Shown piece after piece: positions 1-12,453 of a stretch of 64,000 bases of DNA (position 1 is its first letter; the number at the start of each line of letters is the position of its first letter). The notes under the pieces were generated by a model. It had not been told where the DNA came from and did not search any database. It saw only the letters and a list, made by a program, of their open reading frames with translations. The translations under genes and the position numbers were made by a program. Source of the DNA: Ministeria vibrans ATCC 50519 (Eukaryota; Protista; Filasterea); assembly GCA_943704425.1 (NCBI GenBank), contig CALSCP010002431.1, forward strand, positions 129,347-193,346. The letters are read 5' to 3'.

Positions 1-617
1 GCACGACTGAAACGGAGCGAGCGCTGCTTCAACAGGCACACCGTGCGCTGCAATGTCATTTGCTACGCGTGCCACACACTCGCCGGCCAGCAAAAGGATT
101 TCATTCGTGTGGAGAGCATGCTGCAAGGCCAAGGAAACAAAAGCGGATGAGGTAAGGGTGGGGGACAGTGCAGAGAGCACACACTGACTCACCTGCTTGA
201 AGAGCATCAGTGGGTGTGTGTCGGCGTCCGCTTCGTTGAGGCGTCCAACGCACAGAAGAGCATGCCCTTGCTGCCATGCGGCCGTTGCGCACTCAAACGA
301 GCAATAGGGAATGCCGCAGCCTGGAAGGAGAGGGAGACAGCGAGTTGAATCGCCGAACGCACGCGTCAAAAAATAAAACACGCTTTGCTTCTTCTACCTC
401 CTCCGCAAGGAAAGGTTTCCGTTGCAACGTCGCACAGGGGTCGGAGACACCTGGCGCAGCCCCGGACCAGCGCCTGGTTGTGAAGATGCTGCATTGAGGC
501 GAGAGGGATCTCCGTCCACACTTCAGTGCCGGCCGGAAGATCAGTCGCTGAAAACACGCAGCGGCCCTTTCCTGGGCGTTCTTCAATGACTATCGAGGAT
601 GCGGGGAGTTGGGACAT
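1..617 (-). CDS. SET-MYND histone lysine methyltransferase (SMYD5/ATXR2-like), 5' part; runs off the window
   Basis: ATG at 617. N-SET motif ERPGKGRCVFSATDLPAGTEVWTEIP is followed by a split MYND finger, CARCLRPL...GCGIPYCSFECATAAWQQGHALLC, across short GT-AG introns. Confidence 0.8.
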
Positions 618-1037
618 GGGAAAGAGCAAAGTGAGAGTGATCAGACTGATCTAGAATGAAAATAGTCAAAATAGTCAAAATAGTTATAAGTTAATACTTA
701 AATTGTCACATCTACTGATCTGCTCTGGAGTAGACCAACACGGTCTCGCGAGATGAACTCATGGGTGGCCGATCAGGTGGCTGGGACATTTGATTGGGCC
801 ATCCCAAAATTGATGCGGTTGTGCGTTCACGAGAAAATCGACCGCACAGCCGAAAAACCCGTGCGCGAACTCGATCGACCGTACGTATGACCCATTTGAG
901 AGGGTGCTTGTTGAGCGACGCGTGAAAACAGAGTGTTCACCAGTCTGCATTTCACGTGCAAGCCCCACTGGCCTGTCATCCCCAACACCCCATCGCCCCT
1001 CGTTCCCTCTGCGCGTCGCCCCTACCCCCATTGCCCC

Positions 1038-1901
1038 GATGGGATGGATTGCACTCTTGCGCTGTTGCACGACCCGCTGGCGCTTCCCAGTGTGCCAGAA
1101 TGAGCACCAAAGTCAAATATCTCGTGTTCTTGTAGGCTCAACGTCTCCTTCTCGGGCGCCTGCTTCATGGGTGTCTACGGACTCGGCGTAGCCACGGGAC
1201 TACGCGAGCTTGACGCGGAGCTTGGTAGTTGCGGTGGTGCGAGCATTGGCGCACTCACGGCAGCCGGACTGTTAGGAGGTAGGCAACGAATGGAAATTAG
1301 TACGTCTTTTGAACTCTTTCTTCACGCTTTGCCAGGCGCCGATTTGGAGCGAGGCAAAAAAGCAACGTGGGTTATTCTGGAGGAGGTGCGGGAACACCCA
1401 CTGCGTGTGTTGTGGAATGCCAAGGCGCGTCTCAACACGTTCATTGACGAGCATATGCCGCCAGAAGTGGACGTTGAAGCGCTGGCGGGACGTCTCTTCA
1501 TCTCGGTGACGGCCCTTCCGTCGGGACGCAACCACATCATCCACGAGTTCCCCCACACACAGAGCGTGCGCGAAACCATCGTCGCCAGCTGCACCATTCC
1601 CGTGCTCATGGGCATCCCCCCACTGGTCACCAAGCACACCACTAGCACCGCATCAGCATCACCCTCATCATCCCCTCTGTGGTCCATGGATGGCGGCTTC
1701 ACCAACAACCTCCCGTCTCACCATCACTCCCACCCCACCGTCACTGTCACTCCGTTTCGCTCTCTCCACCCGTCCGCGTCCATTGCGCGCGATGACATTC
1801 CCCTTTCGTATGCCTTCCGTCCGCCCTCCGAGTCCGTCTGCGACGACATCTTTGCGGCCGGCTGGAGTGATGCCGAGGCCTTTCTCAAAGAGCACTGTTA
1901 A
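1038..1901 (+). CDS. Patatin-like phospholipase/triacylglycerol lipase (PNPLA2/4-like)
   Basis: Gly-rich SFSGACFMGVYGLGV, nucleophile motif GASIG and DGG motif. The main exon begins at the acceptor at 1135; the first exon is tentative. Confidence 0.85.
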
Positions 1902-1941
1902 AAAAAAGTCATTGTTGTACATTTTGTGTGTGTATGTGTTG

Positions 1942-3042
1942 TTAGACTGTTTCGTGTGTGATGGAGAAGTCGGGGAGTGGCCTGTTCTGCGGGCGATTGG
2001 AGTGGGGGAGAACGTAGCGGAGGAGGTGCGGAAGAAAGAGAAGAGACGCTATGGAGGAGAGGGTGTCAATGACGAAGACACGCGAGCGAAGAATGAGAGA
2101 GCGCAGTGGGGAGGGAGGGGAGGCGCCGTTGAGGTAGAGGGCGAGTTCAAGAGCGTCTACGCTTGTGCTTGGGGCTGACGAGGAGGAAGAAGAGGGAAGC
2201 GGAGCGTCTTCGTGTGTGTAGTAGTGCGGAATGGAGCGTAGTGTTTGAAAGTGTTGCCGATGGTAGAGTGAAATGGCTGCTTGGTTGGTGGCCATGACGT
2301 GCAAAAAGATGACTTGCGCTTGAAGGGCACTAGCCTGTGCGGAGATACGTTGAAGCAATTGTGAGCCTAAACAGAAACACAATAACATAGAATGAGAGAG
2401 AGTGGAGGGTGAGAGAGGAGAAAATTTGAGAGTTTGAGAGTTTGAGAGAGAGTGGAGGGTGAGAGAGAGTGGAGGGTGAGAGAGAGAGTTTGAGTTTGAG
2501 AGAGAGCTTGAGAGAGAGAGAGAGAGCTTGAGAGAGAGAGAGAGAGTTTGAGAGAGAGAGAGAGTTTGAGAGAGAGAGAGAGAGTTTGAGAGAGAGAGAG
2601 AGTTTGAGAGAGAGAAGCACAAAGTGATAGAGCAATAGAGAGAGAAGCACAAGGGGACAGGAGTAAGAAGCACAAGAGAGGGATTGGTACCGAGTCCCAG
2701 GCGTCGAAAGGAGGGGACAACACAGAGTGACATGATGTAGGCTATTAAAGGATCGGTTGGTTCAGCGGGGTCGTCCAGGAGGATGGCGACGGTGCGCGAG
2801 TGGCGACTGCGCGGCTGAAGTTCAACGGTGACTGCGCCGACGACGTATTCGCTCGGTCCGTACGTCGCGACGAGTCCAAAGAAGGACGGGTTGGCACCGT
2901 CGACAAGCGTGTCAAAGAACTCCTTGGGGTATGGCGTGGCAAGGCAGTCGGCGTGGATGCGCTCGAGTCTCTCTCGGTCGCCACTCGCGACAAGGCGCAT
3001 TTTCACCTCGTCGCGGTCCCCAGACTCAGCTTGGACGGACAT
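1942..3042 (-). CDS. NAA60: GNAT N-terminal acetyltransferase, NAA60-like
   Basis: AYIMSLCVVPSFRRLGLG acetyl-CoA motif, IFLHVMATNQAAISLY, IPHYY and an amphipathic C-terminal tail. Intron at 2367-2690. Confidence 0.8.
   Translation of the reverse strand: MSVQAESGDRDEVKMRLVASGDRERLERIHADCLATPYPKEFFDTLVDGANPSFFGLVATYGPSEYVVGAVTVELQPRSRHSRTVAILLDDPAEPTDPLIAYIMSLCVVPSFRRLGLGTNPSLVLLTPVPLCFSLYCSITLCFSLSNSLSLSNSLSLSQTLSLSQTLSLSLKLSLSLSSSLSNSNSLSHPPLSLTLHSLSNSQTLKFSPLSPSTLSHSMLLCFCLGSQLLQRISAQASALQAQVIFLHVMATNQAAISLYHRQHFQTLRSIPHYYTHEDAPLPSSSSSSAPSTSVDALELALYLNGASPPSPLRSLILRSRVFVIDTLSSIASLLFLPHLLRYVLPHSNRPQNRPLPDFSITHETV
2395..2645. repeat. (GA)n-rich compound microsatellite in the NAA60 intron
   Basis: Repeated gagagagagagagtttgaga units. 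Confidence 0.9.
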
Positions 3043-3185
3043 GCTCCAGACAAACACAAGTCGGTAGTCGGTGTGCCCAGAGCAAGCGACTGTGGCGCTA
3101 CGACAAATGTTTGAGTTTTGAGTCGCGATCAAAAACCAAAATAATTGAAATCACTGAACAAAGTCAAATTTCTTGATTGTAACGT

Positions 3186-5842
3186 ATGGGAAAAGAGAAA
3201 CAGCAGGCGGCAGCGGCATCGAGTGCATCGTCGTCTGCGGACGGGGGTGTGGCGTCGCCCATCTTGCCGTCGGCGTCAAACGTCTCAACCCTTTCGTCTG
3301 CCCCCATGATGCTGAGCATGCTCACACTGCTGGCCTTGGCGACGCGGCTTGCCCAGCTGGCGGAACCGCACTGGATTGTCTTTGACGAGGTGCATTTTGG
3401 GGGGTTTGCCAGCCGCTACATCCGCGGCGAGTACTTCTTCGACGTGCATCCCCCTCTGGCCAAAATGCTGCTTGGCGCCGTCTCGTACCTGGCCGGCAAC
3501 CAGGGGGACTTCCTGTACGAGACACTGGGCCACGACTACACGACCACCCGCGAGAATTACGTTGCGCTGCGTGCCTTTTGTGCGGTGCAAGGGGCGGCGC
3601 TTGTGCCGCTGATGTATGTCATTGTGACCAGCGTGCTCGACCGCGCTGTGACGCGCATCACCGCGCAGCGTGCCGGTCTTTTTGCCGCCTCGTTTGTGCT
3701 CTTTGATACGGCTCTTGTGACGCAGTCGCGGTACATTCTGCTCGATGCCTCGCTGCTCCTCTTCACCTTTCTCACGGTCGCCACCCTCGCACGCTTCTAT
3801 GTTGTCTCCTACCAGAACCCTTCGGGTTGGTTCAGTACACACTGGTGGCTCATGCTTGCGCTTACAGGCATCTTCATGGGGTGTGCACTTAGTGTCAAGT
3901 ACATTGGTCTCTTCCTGGTTGCTCTCGTCGGTCTCTACACCATCTGGGACCTGTGGCAGCTGCTCGGCGAACCCACAACGCGTGTCTCCGACTCCCAAAT
4001 GGGCCAACACTTAGCCGCACGCGCCCTCACTCTCATTGTGCTTCCACTCGTCGTATATGTTGCCCTTTTTGCCGTGCACTTGCACGTTCTACGACACTCG
4101 GGTCCGGGCGATGTCTTCCATACTCCCCGTTTTATTGCAGGTCTTGAAGGCAGCTCAGTCGCAAACGTAAAAAAAAAAAAAAAAACACCTCCCCAGATCA
4201 AAATTATACGCTGGCCGCCAGTTCATGGTTCTCATTTTTGTTTCATTTTTTTTTGTTGTTGTTGTAGATGACGCAAGCACAGCCGTATCACATCCGCTAC
4301 GGCTCACGCATTACACTGCGCCCGTCGTATCGCACTCAAAAGTGCTATCTGCACTCCCACACTGCGCGCTATCCTCTCCACCACAAGGACTTTGATGCGA
4401 CGACCAACACGACCAAGGAGCGTGGAAGTAGTACACTGCAACAGTGCACATGCTACGAACACAACGACGTCAACAACTGGTGGACAGTGCTTCCACTTAG
4501 TGTCAACACCTCGGAACCCTTCAATGTAAGCGAGCCCGAGCACATGTTTCCCAAGACGGGCGATTATGTGCGCCACGGCGACCTTGTGCGTCTCCAGCAC
4601 ACACAGACACTGGGCTTTTTGCACACACACAATGTGGGTGCGCCCGTCACGGCTACTCAGCAGGAGGTTGCGGCAATGCACGAGCGTGATGGCACTGCCT
4701 TCCCGCCCCAGCTCGTGTGGCGTCTTGACTTTCTCGATGGGTTCTACTGGCATCCCTTGTACACACGCGTGCGTCTGATAAGCACACACAACCAGCCGTT
4801 TGTGCAGGCCATTGTCGAGGAGCACCCCGATCGCGCCCGGTTTGTCTCGGAGCACCCAGTGCATCTGGCACTGACGGACAAGCGAATGGACGAGAGTGCG
4901 TTTAACCAGCTTGAAGTGAGTGCAGCGCGTTTCGACACCACTGGAGGTGGCACAGCGGATGTGTGGCACGTTGAAGAGCATCTCAAGCACGTCGGAGAAG
5001 ACGATGGTGATGCTGCTGATCAAGTGTGTCGCGGCAAACCCACAATGGGCTTTTGGGAGCGATTTATGGAGTCGCATGTGGAAATGCTTNNNNNNGAGTG
5101 AGAGAGAGGAAGGGAAAAGAAACTAGGTGGTAGAGACAAAACAAAAGTGATGGAGAAAGAGAGGCTGAATGGACTGTGTTGTGTAGTCTGTGCCGTCTGA
5201 TTGGCCCTTGTTGCGTCGCGGGGTGGCGTATTGGCAGAGCAAAGACGCAAACCGACAAGTCAGAAGAACAACTAAGCTTTTAACAGATATTTACATAGAT
5301 TTTGACACTCGTGTTGTGTTCAGGTGTATTTTTTGGGGAATCCGCTCATTTGGGGTTTGGGTACCATTGGGCTGTTTTTCGCGCCCGGTTGTCTCGGCGT
5401 TGCGCTTTTAGCAGTGCGCCGAGGTCGTTTGGTTCTTTCCGGTACGTAATTTGAATTATGGTTGCTACTGAAACATGCTTACTTCTTAAATAATTTAGAT
5501 GAGCTGAGTCGCACACTCATTTCGATTGGCCTTCCCTTTGCGGGTTATTTACTACACTACCTTCCGTTCTTCCTGATGGAACGACAGCTGTTTCTTCACC
5601 ACTATTTACCCGCACTTTTGTTCCAAATTGCACTGCTGAGTGTGCTTCTGGCGCACCTGAGTGCACTTCTACGACTGAGTGGCTCGTCGCATGAGGCTGT
5701 GCTGTTTGCGTCGCTTGCCCTTGCCGCCGCCCTTGTCTTTGCCGTGTTTGCCCCGCTTGTCTATGGCCTTGACCTGACACCCCATCAGATCCGCTGGCGC
5801 CAGTGGAGGGCCTCGTGGGACCTGCGGGTCCTCGCTTTGTGA
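3186..5842 (+). CDS. POMT1: Dolichyl-phosphate-mannose:protein O-mannosyltransferase (PMT4/POMT1 subfamily)
   Basis: VFDEVHFGGFASRY...FFDVHPPLAK, MIR repeats (YLHSH, LVRLQHTQT) and C-terminal MERQLFLHHYLPAL. Several introns; N-gap at 5090-5095. Confidence 0.93.
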
Positions 5843-7133
5843 GAAGAGGCGCTTTTTGTGTATACAACGAACTAAGAATGTTTAATATAATAGACCTAGA
5901 AGACTTTTCTCGCCGTAAACCGTCAAATATACGACTGCGATAGGACTTCATAATATATTTGTTTCGGTATGTGTTGGGTAGAAGCGTGTTTTTTGTTTTA
6001 CCTATATAGATGAATAAAGAGTGTGAATCCAATTCTTTCTCTGTATTGATCAGTGAAAATGAAGTAAAAAAACGCCTAATGACATGGCCAGGGCGCGTCC
6101 AAGTCGGCTCCACAGGGCCGGAGTTGATGCCTGTCCAGGGGGCCATGGAGTCTAGTATGTATTTTTAGAGACTGTGCTTCCCACAAGTTGTCGCGACTTT
6201 TGCCAACTTTTCGTAAACTTAGGTTTTTTTGATAAGCGGCTTTTGTTGGGCGAAATCCTTTTTGATATACTGATCACAACTGTGTTGTGTTGTGACTAGC
6301 ACAAGAGCGCCTGAGATCAAGCAAAAGCAACGGAATCCAATAACAGCGACGTGTGGGAGTAGTGTCGAAGGGCCTTCTCGTCTCAGCACTTCGTGTCGGT
6401 GGAAATCCAACAAATTGTTTAAACATTATTTTCATTCTTCTATTTCTTCATGTGCTAATTGTGCTTTTGTTGTGTGGTCACTGGTCACTGACTCACTGTA
6501 TAACTATAAAACCATTGAATTAATAATAGCATGTTGCTCATCCAAAGTATTTTCGTGGTTATTCATCGCCCGAGACACCAAACATCACCTTAAAACAATA
6601 CACACAAAGTTAAAAAATGGTTAAATTGACTGATCAGTTCATTCAGTTGACAGAATGACAGTTCACTCATCAGTCATCACTTGACAGTTGACAGTGAGTT
6701 GACACTCGTAAGGATTCAGAAGTCTAGTATCGAATGTGAGAAAAAAAAAAAAAAAAAAAAAAAAAAAAACAAACAAACACTGGCTTCTTTTTCATTGATC
6801 GATTCAGCAAATTGAATTATCCTTTTTAGAGTCAGCCTTTTTTCTCTTTTCGTCTTTACCGCTTGTGTTAAACACTAGCACCCTTACTGGTCACGTCTCG
6901 GGGTGTCTGGGGTCGGCCAGTGCGGCTGAGCCCCGGATGCGCCGGCGTGGGGGGCGGGCGGGCGTCGTTACCGGGGGGACACGACGGGGCCCGCTCGGCC
7001 TCCGCAGTCATCTTTAACATGCGCCTGGCATGCCTAATGATGTGCTGCCTGCCATGCTTGACTGCGTCCGCCCATTTTTACCTGTGAATTGAGAAAGTTT
7101 GCTACGTCCTCCCAAAACCCCAACGGCAGCACA

Positions 7134-8483
7134 ATGGACATGAATGTACGTCGTAGCAACTGCCAGTGGGAATCCCCTTGCCTCCTTTGTGCAAGCGAAC
7201 GCGCCCTTGTTTGTGTGTCACAGCGAAAAGAAAATTGAGAGACGAAAAAAAGAAAAAAAAAAATAATAAGCGAACCAACGGATAAAACGCAAATAACGCT
7301 GTCCGCCGTCGTCTCTCGGGCACTGCACGTGCTCTATCTGATGTGTCAATGGGGCAATGGCCAAGGGCGCTACTGAAATGCACCAGAACTCGTTGTTGAC
7401 TTTTTTTTTTCTCTCTCTCTTGTTTTGATAAGGAATGTATTTTGCGCTGCGTTGACCAATACTTCGATGCTTTTGTCGAGGTGACCAACGACCAAGTCTT
7501 TCCTACGGTTGTAAGTCATTTCACGAACAGAGAACGAGCGAGCGAGAGAGAGATTGAGAGCGATTCTAAAGCGTTTTCGCCAAGAGAGCCAATTTCGAGG
7601 TTGATGCAGTTGAACCGCTGACTTGTCATTTTTTTTTTCTTCAGCTCTATAATTTTAGCGCTGAGATAAGACTTGACGGGCCTGAGATAGAACTCGACGA
7701 GTCTAGCCCAATGGGACTCGAAGGGCTTATCGAGTTGGCCGTAGGGACTGAGAGTGACAGTGCTGCATCGCCAGCGTGCAGTGAGAGCACGGAGGAGGAG
7801 GATGCGTCTTCGATCGCGTCTTCCGACTCCGCCATCTCCCACTCGGACAATCACCGCAAGGCGTCCAAAGTCCACAAAGCACAGTCAGCCAGTCTCTCCA
7901 AGGAGGCACTTCAAGCGGCAGTCAAGGCTCGCGCGGCCCTGGGCGACCTCCCGTCCGCCCGTCGCGCCTTCTACGACGCCAAACTGACCCTCCCACGCGT
8001 CCGTGAAGCTCTTGGCTTCCCTTACGTCCAATGTGCCTCCGCCTCCACCACCCTACTCACCCCTAGCAACTTCGACCAGGTACTATTTTTTTTCAACTCC
8101 TCTTTTTTTTTTCCTTCAGATTCTGACCTTTTTTGGTTTTGTTTTCTGTTGTTCTCCAGCTGTCCCAAATGGCGCCCGACCAACGTGAATTATTTTGGAA
8201 GGGCTGCTACAAACTCTGGCACGAACGCGATCTGTCCAACACGAGGATTCGCAATCGTGTGCTCAAAAAGGATTTAGGGTTCAGCAAAGACCAAGTAAGA
8301 GCTAAATTCTATAGTGATATCAAATCCACACGTTGACATTTGTGTGTGTGTGTGTGTGTGTGTGTTTAGGTAACAAGCCTCGTTAAGCTCGTCAAGAACT
8401 ACCGTAATGGCACGTCCTGCAAAAAACGCGCTTTTCATGATCTTCAGCTCATCCTCTCGGCTCTGCACAGCCGACAGTGGTAG
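7134..8483 (+). CDS. Hypothetical multi-exon protein (acidic/Ser-rich middle, basic helical C-terminus)
   Basis: Phase-consistent exons 7134-7145, 7433-7510, 7645-8079, 8160-8293 and 8370-8483 give MDMNECILRCVDQYF...SALHSRQW*. No family recognised. Confidence 0.55.
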
Positions 8484-8714
8484 AGTGAGAGAGATGCGAG
8501 TCAGTCACAGAGAGAGAGATCCTATTTCTCAGTTTTTGTTACTTTTCGAGTGTGTGCTAGGAAAACCCGTTTCTGAATCACAAAAACAAAAACAATAAAA
8601 AACCAAAAAAAAAAACGGTTTCGGGTTACCCCACAAAAAAGGAAGAAAGATAATAAGCAAAGTTAAAAATGAGGCTTTACAAACACAAAAGTAAAATAGT
8701 CATCTGTCATTGTG

Positions 8715-9391
8715 TCAATGATCATCTTCGACGGCATCATCAAGATCAAGATCGTTAAAGGTGGATTCGCGCAGACGGTTCTTGACAGTGAGCTTCTCAT
8801 ACTCGCCCACAGCAGCATCACCCTTGTTGACATTGATGAGGCGCTCTGTTGTCATGTACGGATGTCATCATCATTAGAGTTATCGTTATCATTGGGAATG
8901 TCATTATCATTGTTAGGGACGTCAATAGGGATGTGTCATGTAGGGATGGCCAATAGGGCAAGGGATTTGCCTATGTCTTTTTTCGTTATAACCTTTTCTA
9001 AGCTCATCGATGACGTATTGGACTATTTCATACCAGTGGCGAATCACCTGAAGGCTCGCGTGACGCAGGAGATACACTCGGTCGCGCGTGGAGATCTAAG
9101 ACACATATTCAGTGGCTCTGATTTTGAGCTCCTCAGAGGTTCAATGTACTCACTTCGAGGAAGTGGAATCCCTTTTCGGTGGGATTCACAATTTGAGCGG
9201 CGACACAGTTGGCCAGGTCAAGAGTGCCCTTGAGCACCATTGCCTGAGACACAAGTCATATTATTATAATTATTAAAAATTTACAACACTGACTGAACAT
9301 ACAAAACTTACTTTGTCGTCTTCAAAGTAGGTCAGTGTGCCAATGTTGAGGTCAAGCACCCAGAAACGCCATTTCCAAGATTTCCTTTTGG
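8715..9391 (-). CDS. PH-domain protein, 3' part (5' exons not visible, probably in the gap at 9594-9600)
   Basis: Spliced exons read KRKSWKWRFWVLDLNIGTLTYFEDDK / AMVLKGTLDL...FHFLE / ISTRDRVYLL...IRHWYEIVQ, which fits a PH fold with its C-terminal Trp. Confidence 0.75.
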
Positions 9392-9602
9392 CTGTGCAGT
9401 CGAACAAGCAACGGGAGTCAGACACAGCGCGACAAGGAAAGAACCGTACCGCCCTGCTTGAACACGAACCCTTCACAGCGACGACTCGATACTCTCATGT
9501 CCGGCGGAACTAGAGCAAACAGAGCACGGAAAGGAGGAAGAGAAGGAAAAGGAGCAAAGATTGAAAAACGGTTGAGGTTTTCTTTTTTTTTTTNNNNNNN
9601 AG

Positions 9603-9914
9603 ATGTACGGGTCGATCGAGGACAGCGTCTCGCATGGTGGTGGACTTGCCAAGCAGCCCAGCATGAATTCGCAGTCGTCCTTCTGGATCAACCCGATGCT
9701 TCTGCTCGACGGTGCGACCACCGAGGAGTCGACTGCCGACAGCGGTATGATTCTTGACGACTCGTCGGCCGGCGGCTTCTCGTCGACGGCGAGTGCTGCT
9801 GCGCGTCGTCAGAGCATCATTGCGTCGCTCGCAAGCGCCAACATGCTGACGGACCGCGCTCTGCAGCCCATGGCGTCCACTACCGAGGATCCCGACACTG
9901 AGTTCATGTGTTGA
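9603..9914 (+). CDS. Terminal exon of an unidentified gene whose 5' part is not visible
   Basis: AG acceptor directly after the gap; GC-rich open frame ending EFMC*, followed by an AT-rich 3' region. Confidence 0.55.
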   Translation: MYGSIEDSVSHGGGLAKQPSMNSQSSFWINPMLLLDGATTEESTADSGMILDDSSAGGFSSTASAAARRQSIIASLASANMLTDRALQPMASTTEDPDTEFMC

Positions 9915-10259
9915 GTCAAGATAGAGAGAGAAAGAGAGAGAGAGACAGACAGCCTACTCTGACCAGGAGTTGTTCAAAAGGACAACAAATGTGTGTTGAG
10001 TTGGCGAGAGTGTGTTACTATTGATTAACAATGAAAATGAGGCGAGTCTTCTTTTCTTCAACAAATATATTCATTTATATTCATTCTACATATCTATAAT
10101 TATACTAATTACTTTGTATTCTACATTTTAAATAAGATAGACTCGAGTATTCTATATCATAGCGACTGTTGACGAATCTGATTCCTTTCGACCGATGCCA
10201 TATTATGATTTTTGTACGTCCCCTCTCTGGACATCCCCAACGAAAAAACAATTATGTCT

Positions 10260-10267
10260 TATTATTG

Positions 10268-10320
<53 letters not shown>
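10260..10320. repeat. (TAT)n microsatellite
   Basis: Direct inspection. Confidence 0.9.
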
Positions 10321-10340
10321 GTTACAGCGATGTTTCCTTT

Positions 10341-12322
10341 TCATTCTGGGTGTTGGTCAATGAGACGCTGCGCGTGTTCGCGCCAAATGGGAGCGACAGA
10401 GAGACGAATGCCAAAGGCGAGGGCAAGGCCGCGAAGGAGAACACTGACACGGCCAGCCATGACATAGTCGTCGGCTGCCTCGACAATGGGATCAGTGCGG
10501 TCGAGCCACTCCATGAAGAGCTGGATGTTCATGCCGTGTGTGATATCGTCGGTGTCGCGCTGAGAAAGAGAGGGAGGGAAAAGAAGGAAACAAAACAAGT
10601 AGGTAGAGGAAGAGGTCAGTTGATCAATTTTTGATGTTGATTGGTTTTTACATCATTCCAAAAGGCGGCAAAGCGATAGAGAATATCTGGGTTATTATGA
10701 CGGGTGCGGATGCCCATTTGAGTGATGAGGCGCACGACAGCCGGGCGGTCATCGTCGGCCAGGGCGACGGTGAGGCGGGCAAGGAGAAGGCGCGACGGGA
10801 GTGACATGATCTTGACCTGGCCGTAGTCGATGAGGCCCAGACGCCCGTCGGGCATCAGCAGAATGTTACCGGGATGCGGGTCGCCGTTGAAGGCGCCATC
10901 GATGAAAATCTCATGGCCGTGCACGCGCAACAGCAGATCGATTATGTCCGCCAGATTGATCAGCTGCTCCGTCTCAATTAGTGCCAGTCGGGAACCCGTC
11001 ACCATGCCAACGGTCGCGTTGAACAGATGGCGCGGAGCATTGCGCAGCGCATCCCACACGCGCAAGGCCAGGCTCAGCAGCCGCATTCGCCACTTGGCAC
11101 GCGTGAGAGACTCCTCCACGCCCGCCCGGACGCCCCCTTTTCCCTTCTTGGTACTCTCGCAGTTGTGTCGTTGCTCCTTCTCCAGCTGCTCCAGTGTCTT
11201 TCCCATGCGCTCCGCCATGCGCGAGTACTGTGCGCGCAGGGCACTCACCAGCTTTGTTCCCGGAAGATACTCCATCACAAGCACATTGCGCGAGCACAGT
11301 TCAACAATGGGTTCTGGGATGCACACCTGGTCACCCCACACGGGCATCACGTTGCGCCGCACCAGTTCCAGGTTCTGTGCCTCCCCTTGGTAGTCAAATT
11401 CGGTGACAAACTGCCGCTCGATCTCGCTAAGGAACGGAACGTGTTGCGGCTGTAGGAGTTTGCAGAAGTTCTTGATGGTCGTCATGTCGCTGCGAAACTT
11501 GTGTTCAATCCCAGGAAACTGCAACTTGACAACAACTTCGCGGCCAGACTCGCGCAGTCGGGCCTTGTGCACCTGGCCAATGGATGCGGCGCCAAGCGGC
11601 TCGTCATCCCACTCGGAAAAGACCTCTGCTAAGGGACGTCCAAGGGACGTTTCGACAAGTGATCGTGCCTGTGCTGCGCTGATCTCCGGCGGCACGTCGT
11701 CTTGCATCTTTTTGCACCATTTCATATACTGAGGCGGGACGAGTTCGTCGCGTGTTGAACACACCTACAGGCACAAACAATAGAAGAAGAAGAAGAAGAA
11801 GAAGACATTTCCAATTTATTATCAATCACAAACGAAAAGCGACAACACAAACATAACAATAAGACATGCACTGAATAAGAAAATAATTTATAATTATTGA
11901 GAATTACTCATTTACAAAACTAACCTGAGCGAGTTTGACGTAAAAGGCGCGCAAATCAAGCGTGACTCGTTCGACGACCGGCGAGTACCGATCGTGGAGA
12001 AGGTCCCTGGCGGACAGGGAGCAGGATGAAGGGGCGTGGGGAGTGTGGTGACTCGCATTGTGTCGTACCATGCCTTGAGCTGCTCCTCTTCACTCCACGC
12101 TTTGATCCGCCACTCGTTGAATCGGTAGTGGGCATCTAGATGGATTGTTAGACGTGGCAGAGGGCCGCGGGGGGCTCGTGGGCCGTACAGATGGGCAGAG
12201 CGTGCGACCAAAAGTACACACTGCGGCGCATCCCTTCGTCGTAGCCCAGCGCACCCGCCACCGCCGTCGCCGAGGCCGCCGAGCCCATCAAAAGGAGCCG
12301 ACCAGCGAGTCGCAATGCCATG
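10341..12322 (-). CDS. ABC1/UbiB atypical kinase (ADCK family)
   Basis: FYVKLAQ, PLGAASIGQVHKA, VVVKLQFPG, FNGDPHPGNI and LIDYGQ, with an N-terminal targeting-like peptide. At least three introns. Confidence 0.92.
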
Positions 12323-12453
12323 ATTACAGTAAAATTAATGTGATTATTTATTATTGTGACTTGAGAGTGGAGAGTCGAGGCATTTATGTGTATGACTGAG
12401 GTGACTCCTTAAATGATTTTTGATCTTTTGAAAGTTTTTCATACGATTTTGCA

